From: an uncultured Rhodospirillales bacterium
GTDB taxonomy: Bacteria > Pseudomonadota > Alphaproteobacteria > CACIAM-22H2
DNA length: 64,000 bases
NCBI GenBank assembly: GCA_937926175.1
Contig: CALANV010000030.1
Location: forward strand, 64,451-128,450
Direction of reading: 5' to 3'
Shown: one piece after another, positions 10,048 to 20,232 of the stretch
Numbering within the stretch: position 1 is the stretch's first letter
Layout of the letters: every line of letters begins with the position of its first letter
Program-made: the position numbers and the translations under genes
The notes under the pieces: generated by a model
Database searches by the model: none
Told to the model about the DNA's origin: nothing
The model's input: only the letters and a program-made list of their open reading frames with translations

Positions 10048-10965
10048 ATGAGTACGCTCATACATTCCACAGCGGCAACACCAGCCGCAGCCGCCAGTCG
10101 CCGCATCGTGCTGGTGACCGGTATGTCGGGTGCCGGCAAGACGAGCGCGCTCAAGGCGCTCGAGGACGCCGGCTACGAGGCCGTCGACAATCTGCCGCTG
10201 TCGCTGCTGGAGCTGCTCGTCCGTCCCGGCGACAGCGCCGAACGGCCGATCGCGATCGGCATCGACACGCGCACGCGCGATTTCGGAACCGGCACCTTCC
10301 TTTCCGCAATCGATCGGCTTCGGGCTGAACCCACGTTCAGCGTCCGTGTTCTCTTTCTCGACTGCGACGACGAAGTGCTGCACCGGCGCTTCACTGAGAC
10401 GCGCCGCCGCCACCCGCTGGCCATGGACCGGCCGGTGATGGACGGCATCCGCGCCGAGCGCAGCGTGATCCACGCGCTGCGCGATCGCGCCGATCTGGTC
10501 CTCGATACGTCGAACCTGTCGCAGGCCGACCTGAAGCGGCTGGTCCAAGGGCATTTCACGCTCGATGCGACCGGCGGGCTCGCCATCTCGCTCGTTTCAT
10601 TCGCCTACCGGAACGGATTGCCGCGCGAGGCCGACCTCGTGTTCGACGTGCGGTTCCTCCAGAACCCGCACTACGTGCCGGCCCTCAAACCGCTGACCGG
10701 GCGCGACCGCGCCGTCGCCGACTTCATCCGCCAGGATCCCGGCTTCGCGCCGTTCGCCGATGGCCTGACCAACATGCTTGCGACCCTGCTGCCGCGTTTC
10801 GAGCGCGAGGGAAAGAGCTACCTGACCATCGGCATCGGCTGCACGGGCGGCAAGCACCGCTCCGTCTTCGTCACCGAATACCTCGCGGCCAAGCTCCAGG
10901 CGCTAGGTCACCGCGTTACCATCATCCATCGCGACGTCGAGCGCGACCGCGAGCGGACCCGTTGA
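10048..10965 (+). CDS. rapZ: RNase adapter protein RapZ (YhbJ)
   Basis: MSTLIHS...IVLVTGMSGAGKTSALKALEDAGYEAVDNLP (P-loop) and a C-terminal RapZ domain. The ATG at 10048 is in frame with the longer ORF that the track starts at 9712. Confidence 0.85.
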   Translation: MSTLIHSTAATPAAAASRRIVLVTGMSGAGKTSALKALEDAGYEAVDNLPLSLLELLVRPGDSAERPIAIGIDTRTRDFGTGTFLSAIDRLRAEPTFSVRVLFLDCDDEVLHRRFTETRRRHPLAMDRPVMDGIRAERSVIHALRDRADLVLDTSNLSQADLKRLVQGHFTLDATGGLAISLVSFAYRNGLPREADLVFDVRFLQNPHYVPALKPLTGRDRAVADFIRQDPGFAPFADGLTNMLATLLPRFEREGKSYLTIGIGCTGGKHRSVFVTEYLAAKLQALGHRVTIIHRDVERDRERTR

Positions 10966-10999
10966 TACGCGATATGCAGACCAACACGAAGGGTGTTCG

Positions 11000-11407
11000 A
11001 TGATCGGCATGGTCTTAGTCACGCACGGACGGCTTGCGGCGGAATTCATCGCCGCCCTCGAGCATGTCGTCGGGCCACAGCGCAATGTGGTGGCGGTCTG
11101 CATCGGCCCGGAGGACGACATGGAGCTTCGCCGCAAGGAGATCATGGACTCCGTCGCGCGCGTCGAGGAAGGTGACGGCGTCGTCGTTCTCACCGACATG
11201 TTCGGCGGCACCCCTTCGAACCTCGCCATTTCGATCCTCGACAAGGGCAACGTCGAAGTGATCGCCGGCGTGAACCTGCCGATGCTCATCAAGCTCGCGA
11301 GTCTGCGCAACACCGAGCCGCTGGCGAGCGCCGTCGGCGCCGCACGGGAGGCTGGCCGGAAATACATCAACGTCGCCTCGCAACTGCTGTCGGGTGAATC
11401 GCGGTGA
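11000..11407 (+). CDS. PTS EIIA component, mannose/fructose family (EIIA-Ntr-like regulatory PTS)
   Basis: MIGMVLVTHGRLAAEFIAALEHVVG... is the EIIA-Man fold with the phosphorylatable His in the THG motif. It overlaps the next gene by 4 nt. Confidence 0.8.
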   Translation: MIGMVLVTHGRLAAEFIAALEHVVGPQRNVVAVCIGPEDDMELRRKEIMDSVARVEEGDGVVVLTDMFGGTPSNLAISILDKGNVEVIAGVNLPMLIKLASLRNTEPLASAVGAAREAGRKYINVASQLLSGESR

Positions 11408-11697
11408 ATGAAGCGCAGCCGAAGCAGTCGGTCGTCGAGCGCGAGGTGACGATCGCCAACAAGCGAGGACTGCACGCCCGCGCCGCGGCGCGCTTCGTCA
11501 AGCTGGCGGGCCAGTTCGAGGCGAACGTGACCGTGAAGCACAAGGACATGGAGGTATCGGGCCGGTCGATCATGGGCCTGATGATGCTCGCGGCCGCTCC
11601 GGGCACGCAGATTCGCATCAGCGCCGTCGGCAACGATGCGGCGGCCGCCGTCGATGCGCTCGCGGCGCTCGTACAAGCCAAGTTCGAGGAGGATTAG
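11404..11697 (+). CDS. ptsH: HPr / NPr phosphocarrier protein
   Basis: 97 aa. ...IANKRGLHARAAARFV... contains the His-15 region and SIMGLMML contains the Ser-46 region, which is the HprK target. Confidence 0.85.
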   Translation: MNEAQPKQSVVEREVTIANKRGLHARAAARFVKLAGQFEANVTVKHKDMEVSGRSIMGLMMLAAAPGTQIRISAVGNDAAAAVDALAALVQAKFEED

Positions 11698-11753
11698 CGG
11701 TGCCCGGCGCCGGTCGCGATCGGATGGCCACGCGAACCCGTCGCGATGGCCAG

Positions 11754-13511
11754 ATGCCGTCCGGCCGCGAGGTCGTGCTCGAAGGCCTGGGGGTTGCGCC
11801 CGGCATCGCCATCGGACCCGCCTTCGTGCACGAGGCCGGCGCGATCCCCATTCCCGAATACGTGGTGCCGGAGGCCGAGATCGAGGCGGAGCGCGACAGG
11901 CTGCGCGCCGCCGTCGAGAAGGCGCTGCGGCAGCTCGCGAAACTGAAGACGAAGAGCAGCGCGCTGCCCCCTTCGGCGGCCGAGGAGGTCGGATACCTGC
12001 TCGAGGCGCACGTGCAGATGCTGTCGAATTCGCGATTGATGCGCGGCATCGATCGCCGCATCTGCGAGGATCGGGTCAATGCCGAGGCGGCCGTGCAGGC
12101 CGAGGTCAACGCGATCGCGGAAGGCTTCGAGTCGATGCACGACCCGTATCTGGCAGCCCGCGTCCAGGACGTCCGCGAGGTCGGCGCCCGGCTGCTGCGC
12201 AATCTGACCAAGACGCCGTTTCAGGCGTTCAAGCAGCTCCCCGAAGGTTCGATCGTCGTTGCCGACGAGATCACGCCGGCCGACACCGCGCTGATGGATC
12301 CCGATCGCATTGCCGGCATTGCCGCCGCCTTCGGCGGCGCCGAGAGCCATACCGCGATCATGGCGCGCTCGCTCGGGTTTCCCGCCGTGCTCGGCGTGCC
12401 CGGCCTCGTCGGCTCCGTCCGGCGGGGAGATCTGGTCATCGTCGACGGCGACGCCGGTCGGCTGGTCATCCATCCGACGGCGGCGACGCTCGAGGCGTAC
12501 GAGCACCGGCGCACTGAGCGCGCGCGGCTGGAGCGGCAGCTCGCACGGCTGACACGACTGCCCGCGGTGACGCGCGACGGCGTCCAGATCTCGCTCCAGG
12601 CAAATATCGAGCTGCCGCGAGAGGTCGAGGCGGCACGCGCCGTCGGCGCGGCGGGCATCGGCCTGCTCCGGACCGAGTTCATGTTCATGAACCGGAACGA
12701 CGTTCCCGGCGAGGACGAACAATACGAAGTACTGGCCGGCATCGTGAAAGCGATGGCACCGCGGCCCGTCACGATCCGCACGCTCGACGTCGGCGGCGAA
12801 AAGCTTGCCTCCGCGCTGGGCAACCGCTTCACGCCGGGCGCGAACCCGGCGCTCGGCATTCGCGCGATCCGCCTGTCGTTGCGCGAACCGGCGCTGCTCG
12901 AGGCACAGCTCGCCGCCATCTTGCGTGCCGGCGTACATGGCCCCGTGCGGATCCTCCTGCCGATGGTGGCAACTCCGGACGAGGTCCGCGAGGTCCGGAC
13001 CATTCTGGCGCGGGTCGCGCGGCGTCTCCTACGCCGCGGCGTCGCCATACCCAACGACCTGCCGCCGGTGGGTGCGATGATCGAGGTGCCCGGGGCCGCA
13101 CTGGCAGCCGATGCGCTCGCCCGCGTCTGCGACTTCTTCGCGCTCGGGACCAACGACCTGACGATGTACACGCTCGCCATCGATCGCGGCGACGAGCAGG
13201 TCGCCCATCTCTTCAATCCGCTGCATCCTGCCGTGCTGCGGCTCGTGCAGTTCACGACCGAAGCGGCGTTGCGCAACCGCATTCCGGTCAGCCTCTGCGG
13301 CGAGATGGCCGGGGATCCGCGCTATACCGCGTTTCTCCTCGGCCTCGGTCTGCGCGAGCTGTCGATGGCGCCGTCCAAGATTCCCCGCGTCAAACAGCGG
13401 ATCCGGTCGCTCGAGCTGGCCGCGGCGGCGACGCGCGCCCGCACGATCATGGATCAGTCGGACACCGCCCGCATCGCGGCCCTGCTCGACGACTTCAATG
13501 CGCAGGGATAG
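11754..13511 (+). CDS. ptsI: phosphoenolpyruvate-protein phosphotransferase (Enzyme I), with no GAF domain
   Basis: The PEP-utilisers signature (GGAESHTAIMARSLGFP) and the PEP-binding C-terminal domain are present. The start is ambiguous among GTG 11700, ATG 11724 and ATG 11754. I chose 11754 because it aligns with the E. coli EI N-terminus (M..SG....PGIA.G). Confidence 0.85.
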   Translation: MPSGREVVLEGLGVAPGIAIGPAFVHEAGAIPIPEYVVPEAEIEAERDRLRAAVEKALRQLAKLKTKSSALPPSAAEEVGYLLEAHVQMLSNSRLMRGIDRRICEDRVNAEAAVQAEVNAIAEGFESMHDPYLAARVQDVREVGARLLRNLTKTPFQAFKQLPEGSIVVADEITPADTALMDPDRIAGIAAAFGGAESHTAIMARSLGFPAVLGVPGLVGSVRRGDLVIVDGDAGRLVIHPTAATLEAYEHRRTERARLERQLARLTRLPAVTRDGVQISLQANIELPREVEAARAVGAAGIGLLRTEFMFMNRNDVPGEDEQYEVLAGIVKAMAPRPVTIRTLDVGGEKLASALGNRFTPGANPALGIRAIRLSLREPALLEAQLAAILRAGVHGPVRILLPMVATPDEVREVRTILARVARRLLRRGVAIPNDLPPVGAMIEVPGAALAADALARVCDFFALGTNDLTMYTLAIDRGDEQVAHLFNPLHPAVLRLVQFTTEAALRNRIPVSLCGEMAGDPRYTAFLLGLGLRELSMAPSKIPRVKQRIRSLELAAAATRARTIMDQSDTARIAALLDDFNAQG

Positions 13512-13529
13512 GACGCCCCGTACCGCCGC

Positions 13530-14837
13530 CTAGACGGCGCGCGCCTTCGCGAGAAACGCGGCGACCTCGGCGTTGAGCCTCGTCGCCTGTTCCGACAGAT
13601 CGACCGCCGCGCGCAGGACTTTCTCCGATGCAGCGCCGGTATCGCCGGCCGCCTGCATCACCGCGGCGATGTTGCCGTTGACGTGCTGCGTTCCCTGTGC
13701 GACCTGCTGCACGTTGCGGGCGATCTCCTTCGTCGCCGCGCCCTGCTGCTCGACCGCCGATGCGATCGCAGTGGCGATCCCGTTTATCTCGTCGATCGTG
13801 GCAGCGATGCCCTGAATGGCCGCGACGGCCTCCTGGGTGACGCCCTGGATGGCAGCGATCTGGCCGCCGATCTCCTCGGTCGCCTTCGCCGTCTGATTCG
13901 CCAGCGCCTTGACCTCGTTCGCGACGACGGCGAAGCCCTTGCCGGCCTCACCGGCGCGTGCCGCCTCGATCGTCGCGTTCAAGGCCAGAAGATTGGTTTG
14001 GCTGGCGATGTCCTGAATGAGCCCGACCACGTGGCCGATCTTCTGGGCAGCCTCGGACAGGCTCCGGACAGTCGCGTTGGTGCGCTCGGCCTCGGCCGCC
14101 GCCTTCTGCGCGATTTGCGACGAATGGGCGACCTGACGGCCGATCTCCGCGACCGAACTCGAAAGCTCTTCGGTCGCCGACGCAACGGTCTGGACATTGA
14201 CCGATGCCTGTTCCGTCGCCGCGGCCGCCGCGGCCGCCTGCCGGCTCGTGTCGCCGGCCACCCCCGACATGGCCTGGGCGCTTTCGCGCATGTCGCTCGC
14301 CGCCGCCGACACGCTGCTGACGACGGCGCCCACGCGGCTCTCGAACTCGTCGGTGAACCGGCCGAACTCGCGGACCTTGGTCTCGATCATCTCGGTCGCC
14401 GCGTTGATGTTGCGGGCCGCGTTGTTGAATGCCCCCGGCAGACCGCGGAGCAGCACTTTGCGGAAGTACTTGCCCTGGCTCACATACCTGGCGGAGCCGC
14501 TCGCTTCGCGCACGAAGGCATCGACGATGTCCAGCATGTTGTTGACGCTTCGCTGGATCAGGCCGATGACGCCCGGTTCCGACACCTCGAGTACGCGCGC
14601 CTCCAGATCACCGGCGGCGGCCGCCCGACACACCTGCGCCGTCCGGACCAGCACTTCCTTGGTCCGCCAGAGATAATACCCGGCACCGGCGAGCGCGAGC
14701 GCGGCAACGGTATGGCCAAGCGCGGTGCCGAGGCCGGCATATCCTGGAACGAAGGCGCCCAGCCCCCCGTCGAGGACGACCGTGCCGCCGGCGACAGCCA
14801 TCAGAACACCAGCCTTAGATAGCGAAGACGAACTCAT
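13530..14837 (-). CDS. methyl-accepting chemotaxis protein: membrane hairpin, HAMP and MCP signalling domain, with no periplasmic sensor
   Basis: N-terminal hydrophobic segments, then HAMP, then the highly conserved MA domain ([33 protein letters not shown]). AGGGAG lies 9 nt upstream of the ATG at 14837. Confidence 0.85.
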   Translation of the reverse strand: MSSSSLSKAGVLMAVAGGTVVLDGGLGAFVPGYAGLGTALGHTVAALALAGAGYYLWRTKEVLVRTAQVCRAAAAGDLEARVLEVSEPGVIGLIQRSVNNMLDIVDAFVREASGSARYVSQGKYFRKVLLRGLPGAFNNAARNINAATEMIETKVREFGRFTDEFESRVGAVVSSVSAAASDMRESAQAMSGVAGDTSRQAAAAAAATEQASVNVQTVASATEELSSSVAEIGRQVAHSSQIAQKAAAEAERTNATVRSLSEAAQKIGHVVGLIQDIASQTNLLALNATIEAARAGEAGKGFAVVANEVKALANQTAKATEEIGGQIAAIQGVTQEAVAAIQGIAATIDEINGIATAIASAVEQQGAATKEIARNVQQVAQGTQHVNGNIAAVMQAAGDTGAASEKVLRAAVDLSEQATRLNAEVAAFLAKARAV

Positions 14838-15339
14838 CGTACGTGACTCCCTGGGCGCGGAGATCGGCTAGGAAACGATCATAGGATTTCTGCAGACCCT
14901 CTTTGCGATCGGCCGCGCGGCGCTCTTCCTCGAGCAGGGTCTTGTAGATCGGCGCGATCTTGGCGATCTGGGCAGGGTCGGGTTTGCGCCGGTTCGAATG
15001 GTAGCCGATGACATTGCCGCTGGCGTCGTAGGTCGGCGTCACATGCGCAAAGACCCAATAATGGTCGCCATTGCTGGCCATGTTCAGGATGTAACCGAAT
15101 ATCTCGCGCTTGGCCTGGATCGTGTCCCACAACAGCTTGAACACGCATCGCGGCATGTCGGGGTGTCGGATGATGCTATGCGGCTTGCCAATCAGCTCCC
15201 GGGCGCTGTACCGCGCCACGCGCTGAAAGACTTCGTTGGCATAGGTGATCCGACCCTTGAGGTCGGTCTTGGAGACGATGAGCTCAGTTTCCAGAAACGG
15301 GCTTTCGCGCCCGGTCGGCCGTATATGAGCGGTCGCCAC
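14815..15339 (-). CDS. stand-alone Aer-like PAS (FAD-type) sensor domain protein
   Basis: 174 aa with clear similarity to the Aer N-terminal PAS domain ([18 protein letters not shown]...[11 protein letters not shown] compared with Aer HNMVRHPDMPKAAFADMW...NGDHYWV). Its stop at 14815 overlaps the MCP start by 23 nt. Confidence 0.8.
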   Translation of the reverse strand: MATAHIRPTGRESPFLETELIVSKTDLKGRITYANEVFQRVARYSARELIGKPHSIIRHPDMPRCVFKLLWDTIQAKREIFGYILNMASNGDHYWVFAHVTPTYDASGNVIGYHSNRRKPDPAQIAKIAPIYKTLLEEERRAADRKEGLQKSYDRFLADLRAQGVTYDEFVFAI

Positions 15340-15605
15340 GCCAGTTCTCCGAAAGGTGCTGTCACTGCCAAATTGATAGGCAGCCGATGCTTAAGCTTCC
15401 GTTAGCTTCGATTACGGAGCCGGCACGCCCGCGGCCACCGGCGGACCACTGGCACCGCCCGGCATCGTCGGGCGCCGCGGCCGTAAAGAACGCCAATAGG
15501 TCGGGACGGGGACGCGGGACGCGCCCGGTTTACCGAACGACCGCCTTACGGGTGGCGCGCCGCGGAATCCGTGACGTCCCGTTCCCGTCGTGCGTACGAT
15601 CGCGC

Positions 15606-16976
15606 TCAGTAAGCGTATTCGCGGAAGATCGGATCGACGCTGCCCTGCCACGGTCCATGGAACAGTTCCAGCTTTTCCTCGGCAGGCGTGCGTCCGGCCT
15701 CGACGATCTGTTGCAGGCGGTTCAGGAAATGCGTCTCGTCGGCATCGCCCATGCGGTTCATGCGCCCGCGGCGACGCAGGCCTTCGCGCGCGATAGCGAC
15801 CATTTCCCGCGCGACGACGTTGAGCGGCCGGTCGCGGAACATCGTCTTGAGCGCCGTGCGCGGCACGTCGCGACGAAGCTGCGCCATCTCTTCCGTCGTC
15901 CAGTCCTTGACCAGATCCCACGCAGCATCGAGCGCCGTCGTATCGTAAAGCAGGCCCACCCATAGGGCCGGCAGCCCGCACAGCGTCTGCCAACGGCCGC
16001 CATCCGCGCCGCGCATCTCGAGATAGCGCTTGAGACGTACTTCCGGAAACGCGGTCGTCAGATGATCGGCGAAGTCGCCGATCGTCGGCAACTCGCCCGG
16101 AAGGCCCGGCAGGCGGCCGGCAAGAAAATCGCGGAACGACTGTCCGCTCACGTCGATGTACCGCCCGTCGCGGTGGACGAAATACATCGGGACATCGAGG
16201 ATGTAGTCGACATAACGTTCGAAGCCGAAGCCCGGCTCGAACACGAACGGCAGCATGCCGCAGCGGTCGGGATCGGTGTCGGTCCAGACATAGCTGCGGA
16301 AACTGAGGAGGCCATTCGGCCGGCCGCCGCTGAACGGCGAGTTCGCGAACAGCGCCGTCGCGACGGGCTGCAGCGCAAGGCTGACCCGGAATTTCCGGAC
16401 CATGTCGGCCTCGGACTCGAAGTCGAGGTTCACCTGCACGGTACAGGTGTTGAGCATCATGTCGAGCCCGTGCCGCCCCTTCTTCGGCATGTACTCGCGC
16501 ATGATCTTGTAACGGCCCTTCGGCATCCACGGGACTTCGTCGCGCGTCCATTTGGGATTGGATCCCATGCCGAGCAGGCCAATGCCGAGCTCCTCGGCAA
16601 CCGTCTTGCACTCGACGAGATGCCTGTCGACCTCGTCGCACGTCTGGTGAATGGTCTCGAGCGGCGCGCCCGACAACTCGACCTGCCCGCCCGGTTCGAG
16701 CGTGATGCTGGTCTCGCCGCGCGTCAGCGCGATGACGTTTCCGTTCTCCGTAACCGGCGTCCAGCCGAAGCGCGTCAGCCCGGTCAGCAGGTTGCGGATG
16801 CTCGCCGTTCCGTCGTCATACGGCACCGGTCGCAGGTCATCGAGCCGGAACGCGAATTTCTCGTGCTCCGTGCCGATCCGCCACTGATCCTTCGGCTTGC
16901 AGCCGGCGGCGAGATATTCGATGAGCTGGCGACGGTCGGTGACCGGCGCGCCGCGCGATGTGGGGACACCCGACAT
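15606..16976 (-). CDS. gshA: glutamate--cysteine ligase (GCS2 / plant-type)
   Basis: 456-aa GCS2-family protein ([15 protein letters not shown]...). It is encoded directly downstream of rsmE, as in many alphaproteobacteria. Confidence 0.9.
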   Translation of the reverse strand: MSGVPTSRGAPVTDRRQLIEYLAAGCKPKDQWRIGTEHEKFAFRLDDLRPVPYDDGTASIRNLLTGLTRFGWTPVTENGNVIALTRGETSITLEPGGQVELSGAPLETIHQTCDEVDRHLVECKTVAEELGIGLLGMGSNPKWTRDEVPWMPKGRYKIMREYMPKKGRHGLDMMLNTCTVQVNLDFESEADMVRKFRVSLALQPVATALFANSPFSGGRPNGLLSFRSYVWTDTDPDRCGMLPFVFEPGFGFERYVDYILDVPMYFVHRDGRYIDVSGQSFRDFLAGRLPGLPGELPTIGDFADHLTTAFPEVRLKRYLEMRGADGGRWQTLCGLPALWVGLLYDTTALDAAWDLVKDWTTEEMAQLRRDVPRTALKTMFRDRPLNVVAREMVAIAREGLRRRGRMNRMGDADETHFLNRLQQIVEAGRTPAEEKLELFHGPWQGSVDPIFREYAY

Positions 16977-16994
16977 GAGATATTCCAGATGTTA

Positions 16995-17765
16995 TCAGAG
17001 AGGCTTCGACCGCGGCGGCGGGGATTTGGCCCCATCATTCGATACCGCTTGGTATATCGCCAGCGCTGCGATCGCCGCCGTGTCGGCACGTAGCACGCGA
17101 GGCCCCAGGCCGACCGGCGTAACAAACGGGAGTTTATAAAGCGCGTCAAGCTCGACTCGCGCGAAGCCCCCCTCGGGTCCCGTCAGGATGGCGGCCGGCC
17201 CGTCGGTGCCGATCCGGCCGAGCACTTCCACGATGGGTCTGCCGGCCCCGGTCTCGTCGCACAGCACGAGGCGCCGATCAGGCGGCCATTCGGCAAGAAC
17301 GGCATCGAGTCGCGCAGCCGGCATCACCTTCGGAACCGTCATTCTCTCGCACTGCTCGGCCGCCTCGATGCACGTCGCGTGGAGCCGGTCGTCGTTCACG
17401 CGCGTGACGATGGTATGACGCGTGAAGACCGGCCATATCGCCGATACGCCAAGTTCCGTCGCCTTCTCCGCCATGAAGTCGAGCCGGGCCCGCTTGATCG
17501 GCGCGAACACCAGCCATATGTCCGGCTCGACCCGCTGTGGCCGCAACTGCTCCTCGAGCGTGAGGGTGCACCAGCCCTTGCCGTATCCCGCGATACGCGC
17601 CGCGTACTCGCCGTCACGACCGTTGAAGATCGCAATGCGGCTGCCGACCTCGAGCCGGAGCACGTGGCGAAGATAGTGCGTGCGCGCGGCGTCGAGCCCG
17701 ATCGACGGCACGTCGAGCGGGGAATCGACAAAAAGACGCGCAACGGTCCGCCCGTCCTCGGCCAT
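16995..17765 (-). CDS. rsmE: 16S rRNA (uracil1498-N3)-methyltransferase
   Basis: 256 aa with the PUA-like N-terminus (RLFVDSPL...HYLRHVLRL) and the SPOUT C-terminal domain. Confidence 0.85.
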   Translation of the reverse strand: MAEDGRTVARLFVDSPLDVPSIGLDAARTHYLRHVLRLEVGSRIAIFNGRDGEYAARIAGYGKGWCTLTLEEQLRPQRVEPDIWLVFAPIKRARLDFMAEKATELGVSAIWPVFTRHTIVTRVNDDRLHATCIEAAEQCERMTVPKVMPAARLDAVLAEWPPDRRLVLCDETGAGRPIVEVLGRIGTDGPAAILTGPEGGFARVELDALYKLPFVTPVGLGPRVLRADTAAIAALAIYQAVSNDGAKSPPPRSKPL

Positions 17766-17812
17766 ACTCCCAATCCACCACGCGAATCGCTAGGATGCGG
17801 CGGGATTAGGCC

Positions 17813-18739
17813 ATGCCTCAGGTAACCAGCACAAGCGCAAGCGACATCCCGAAAAACGGCTGGGTCGAGCGCTTCCTGCCCCCGGCCGTGCAACCCTATG
17901 CGCGTCTGGCGCGGCTCGACCGCCCGATCGGAACGTGGCTCCTGCTGTTCCCGTGCTGGTGGGGCGTCGCGCTGGCGGCAAACGGCCTGCCGGATGCCTT
18001 CCTGATCGTCGTGTTCGCCGCCGGCGCGATCGTCATGCGCGGCGCCGGCTGCACCTACAACGACATCGTCGACCGGGACTTCGACGGACGCGTGGCGCGG
18101 ACGGCCGATCGTCCGATCCCGTCCGGCGCGGTCACGGTCCGTCAGGCGATCGCGTTCCTGCTCGTGCAGCTGGTCCTCGGGTTGATCATCCTTCTGATGC
18201 TCAACCCTGCGGCGATCGGACTCGGCGTGCTGTCGCTGGTGCTCGTGTTCACGTACCCGCTGATGAAGCGCGTCACGTGGTGGCCGCAGTTCTTTCTCGG
18301 CCTTGCCTTCAACTGGGGCGCGCTCATGGGCTATGCGGCGGTCACAGGCGGTCTCGCCTTACCCGCCGTCATCCTGTACGCGGCCGGGATTCTCTGGACG
18401 CTCGGCTACGACACCATCTACGCGCATCAGGACAAGGAGGATGACGCGCTGATCGGCGTCAAATCCTCGGCGCTGCGGCTCGGCCACCGCACGCGCCCGG
18501 CGCTGTTCGGCTTCTATGCCGGCACCGTTCTGCTGATCGCCGCGGCAGGGATGGCCGCCGGACTGGCCTGGCCGTTCTATGTGTTCGTCACCGCCGGCGC
18601 CGTCCAGCTCGCGTGGCAGGCCGCCGACGTCGATCTCGACCGTCCAGCCGATTGTCTCGCCAAGTTCAAGTCGAACCGGATCTTCGGCTGGCTCATCCTC
18701 GTCGGAATCGTCGCCGGCCATCTTGCGGGCACCGCGTGA
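17813..18739 (+). CDS. ubiA: 4-hydroxybenzoate polyprenyltransferase
   Basis: UbiA prenyltransferase family: multiple TM helices and two Asp-rich motifs (NDIVDRDFD, YDTIYAHQDKEDD). Confidence 0.9.
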   Translation: MPQVTSTSASDIPKNGWVERFLPPAVQPYARLARLDRPIGTWLLLFPCWWGVALAANGLPDAFLIVVFAAGAIVMRGAGCTYNDIVDRDFDGRVARTADRPIPSGAVTVRQAIAFLLVQLVLGLIILLMLNPAAIGLGVLSLVLVFTYPLMKRVTWWPQFFLGLAFNWGALMGYAAVTGGLALPAVILYAAGILWTLGYDTIYAHQDKEDDALIGVKSSALRLGHRTRPALFGFYAGTVLLIAAAGMAAGLAWPFYVFVTAGAVQLAWQAADVDLDRPADCLAKFKSNRIFGWLILVGIVAGHLAGTA

Positions 18740-19401
18740 TCACCCTGCGGGACGCCGAGGCATTCGTGCGGGCGCAAACCACGCTCGCCGCGGCGCCGCT
18801 CGTGCCCGAGATTCGTCTTCATCTCGCGACCGAGATCACGCCGCTGTGGCAGGCGACCGAAGCCGTACTCGCCCGGACCAACTTGCCCCCGCCCTACTGG
18901 GCGTTCGCCTGGCCCGGCGGCCAAGCGCTTGCCCGCTATGTGCTCGATCATCCCGACGCGGTTCGGGGGCGCATCGTGCTCGATTTCGCAGCCGGTTCGG
19001 GCATCGGCGCCATTGCGGCCGCGAAAGCCGGTGCCGCCCGGGTGACGGCGACGGATATCGATCCGTATGCGGCGGCGGCGATGCGCCTCAACGCCGCGGC
19101 CAACGACGTGACGTTTGCGGTCAGCACCGATGATCTCACGCGCACGGACGAGGGTGGCTGGGACGTCATTCTCGCCGGCGACGTCTGCTACGAACGGCCG
19201 ATGGCCGAGGCGGTGCTCGCCTGGCTGCGCCGGCAGGTGAACCAAGGTGCCGTCGTGCTGATGGCCGACCCGGGCCGCGCCTATCTGCCGTCGGACGGGC
19301 TGATCGAAGTCGCCTGCTATGACGTGCCGACCTCGCCCGACCTCGAGGACAAGCCGATGCGCACGACGCGGGTTCTGCGTTTCCTCGCCCGGGATGTCTG
19401 A
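18736..19401 (+). CDS. class I SAM-dependent methyltransferase (small-domain, PrmA/METTL-like)
   Basis: GTG start overlapping the ubiA stop (GTGA). Has SAM-binding motif I (VLDFAAGSGIGAIAAAKAGA) and an acidic motif II (TDIDP). Confidence 0.7.
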   Translation: MITLRDAEAFVRAQTTLAAAPLVPEIRLHLATEITPLWQATEAVLARTNLPPPYWAFAWPGGQALARYVLDHPDAVRGRIVLDFAAGSGIGAIAAAKAGAARVTATDIDPYAAAAMRLNAAANDVTFAVSTDDLTRTDEGGWDVILAGDVCYERPMAEAVLAWLRRQVNQGAVVLMADPGRAYLPSDGLIEVACYDVPTSPDLEDKPMRTTRVLRFLARDV

Positions 19402-19411
19402 CGAAAAGTCG

Positions 19412-19651
19412 TCAGGACGAGCGCGCCAACTGCCCATCGCAGTCGAACGATGACGGCCGTTCCGACACGATCCGGTAGCGGATGAGCGCATTGTCGATCG
19501 TCTGCATGGTCCGCGCCAGCCACTCCTTGCGCGCGGCCTCGTAGGACATGAACGGTCCGTAGCATTCGAGCTTCGCGCCCGATCGCAGTGTCGTAAAACT
19601 GGTATCCGTATACTCGCCGCCGACGACCCAGTATTCCGTCATGACCTCCAT
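19412..19651 (-). CDS. DUF4170 family small protein
   Basis: YWVVGGEY...ARKEWLARTMQTIDNALIRYRIV matches the DUF4170 consensus (...RTVDNAHMRYFIV). The start may instead be the ATG 9 nt downstream (MTEYW...). Confidence 0.55.
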   Translation of the reverse strand: MEVMTEYWVVGGEYTDTSFTTLRSGAKLECYGPFMSYEAARKEWLARTMQTIDNALIRYRIVSERPSSFDCDGQLARSS

Positions 19652-20232
19652 CCAGCCGCTGTCCCAACGGGCCGTTGAACGGCCCCGGCGATGAATCGAT
19701 CAACTGATTCGAATCGTTCCCATCATACCGACTGCCTGATGCTCCGGGATGTGGCAAGGGAACATACAGCCGCCCGGAGAATTGGGGACAAACGCAATCT
19801 CCGCCGTCTCTCACGGCAATCGGTTATCGACGACGATACGGGCGCGCTCGCCCTGCCGGAAGCGCAGCACGGACCCCGGGACCCGGGACCTCGCCGTCAT
19901 AAGCCCGGATGGCGGCCTCGGGATGACCGCCGCCGACGAGCGCGATTCGGGTCGGTGCCGCAGTCAACCGCGGTTTCGACACGGCCCTGCCCGGCGAGCG
20001 CACGCCCGATCATTCCCGATGCCGCGGCGGCGAATGCTCCCGTCAGCACGTCTCTGAGCGTCACTGCCATCCAAGGCCATTCACACCCCTGCGTTCGAGG
20101 CAAGTCAAGTCGATAGGGCCGGCCCCATGGCCGCGCATGATCGACCATCGGGTCCTGCGGCCGCGCTTGCGGTGCACCGACGTCACGCAATCGTCGTTGC
20201 CGAACCAACCGGGCCTCGTATACTGCGCGCCC

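Noticed and set aside
13530-15339. Possibility that the PAS and MCP ORFs are one Aer gene broken by a frameshift.
   Set aside because: The MCP frame has an in-frame TAG stop 11 codons upstream of its ATG, and a strong AGGGAG RBS precedes that ATG at a 9-nt spacing. The PAS ORF also ends with a clean TAA. This is consistent with two genuine coupled cistrons, so it is reported as a split receptor rather than a pseudogene.
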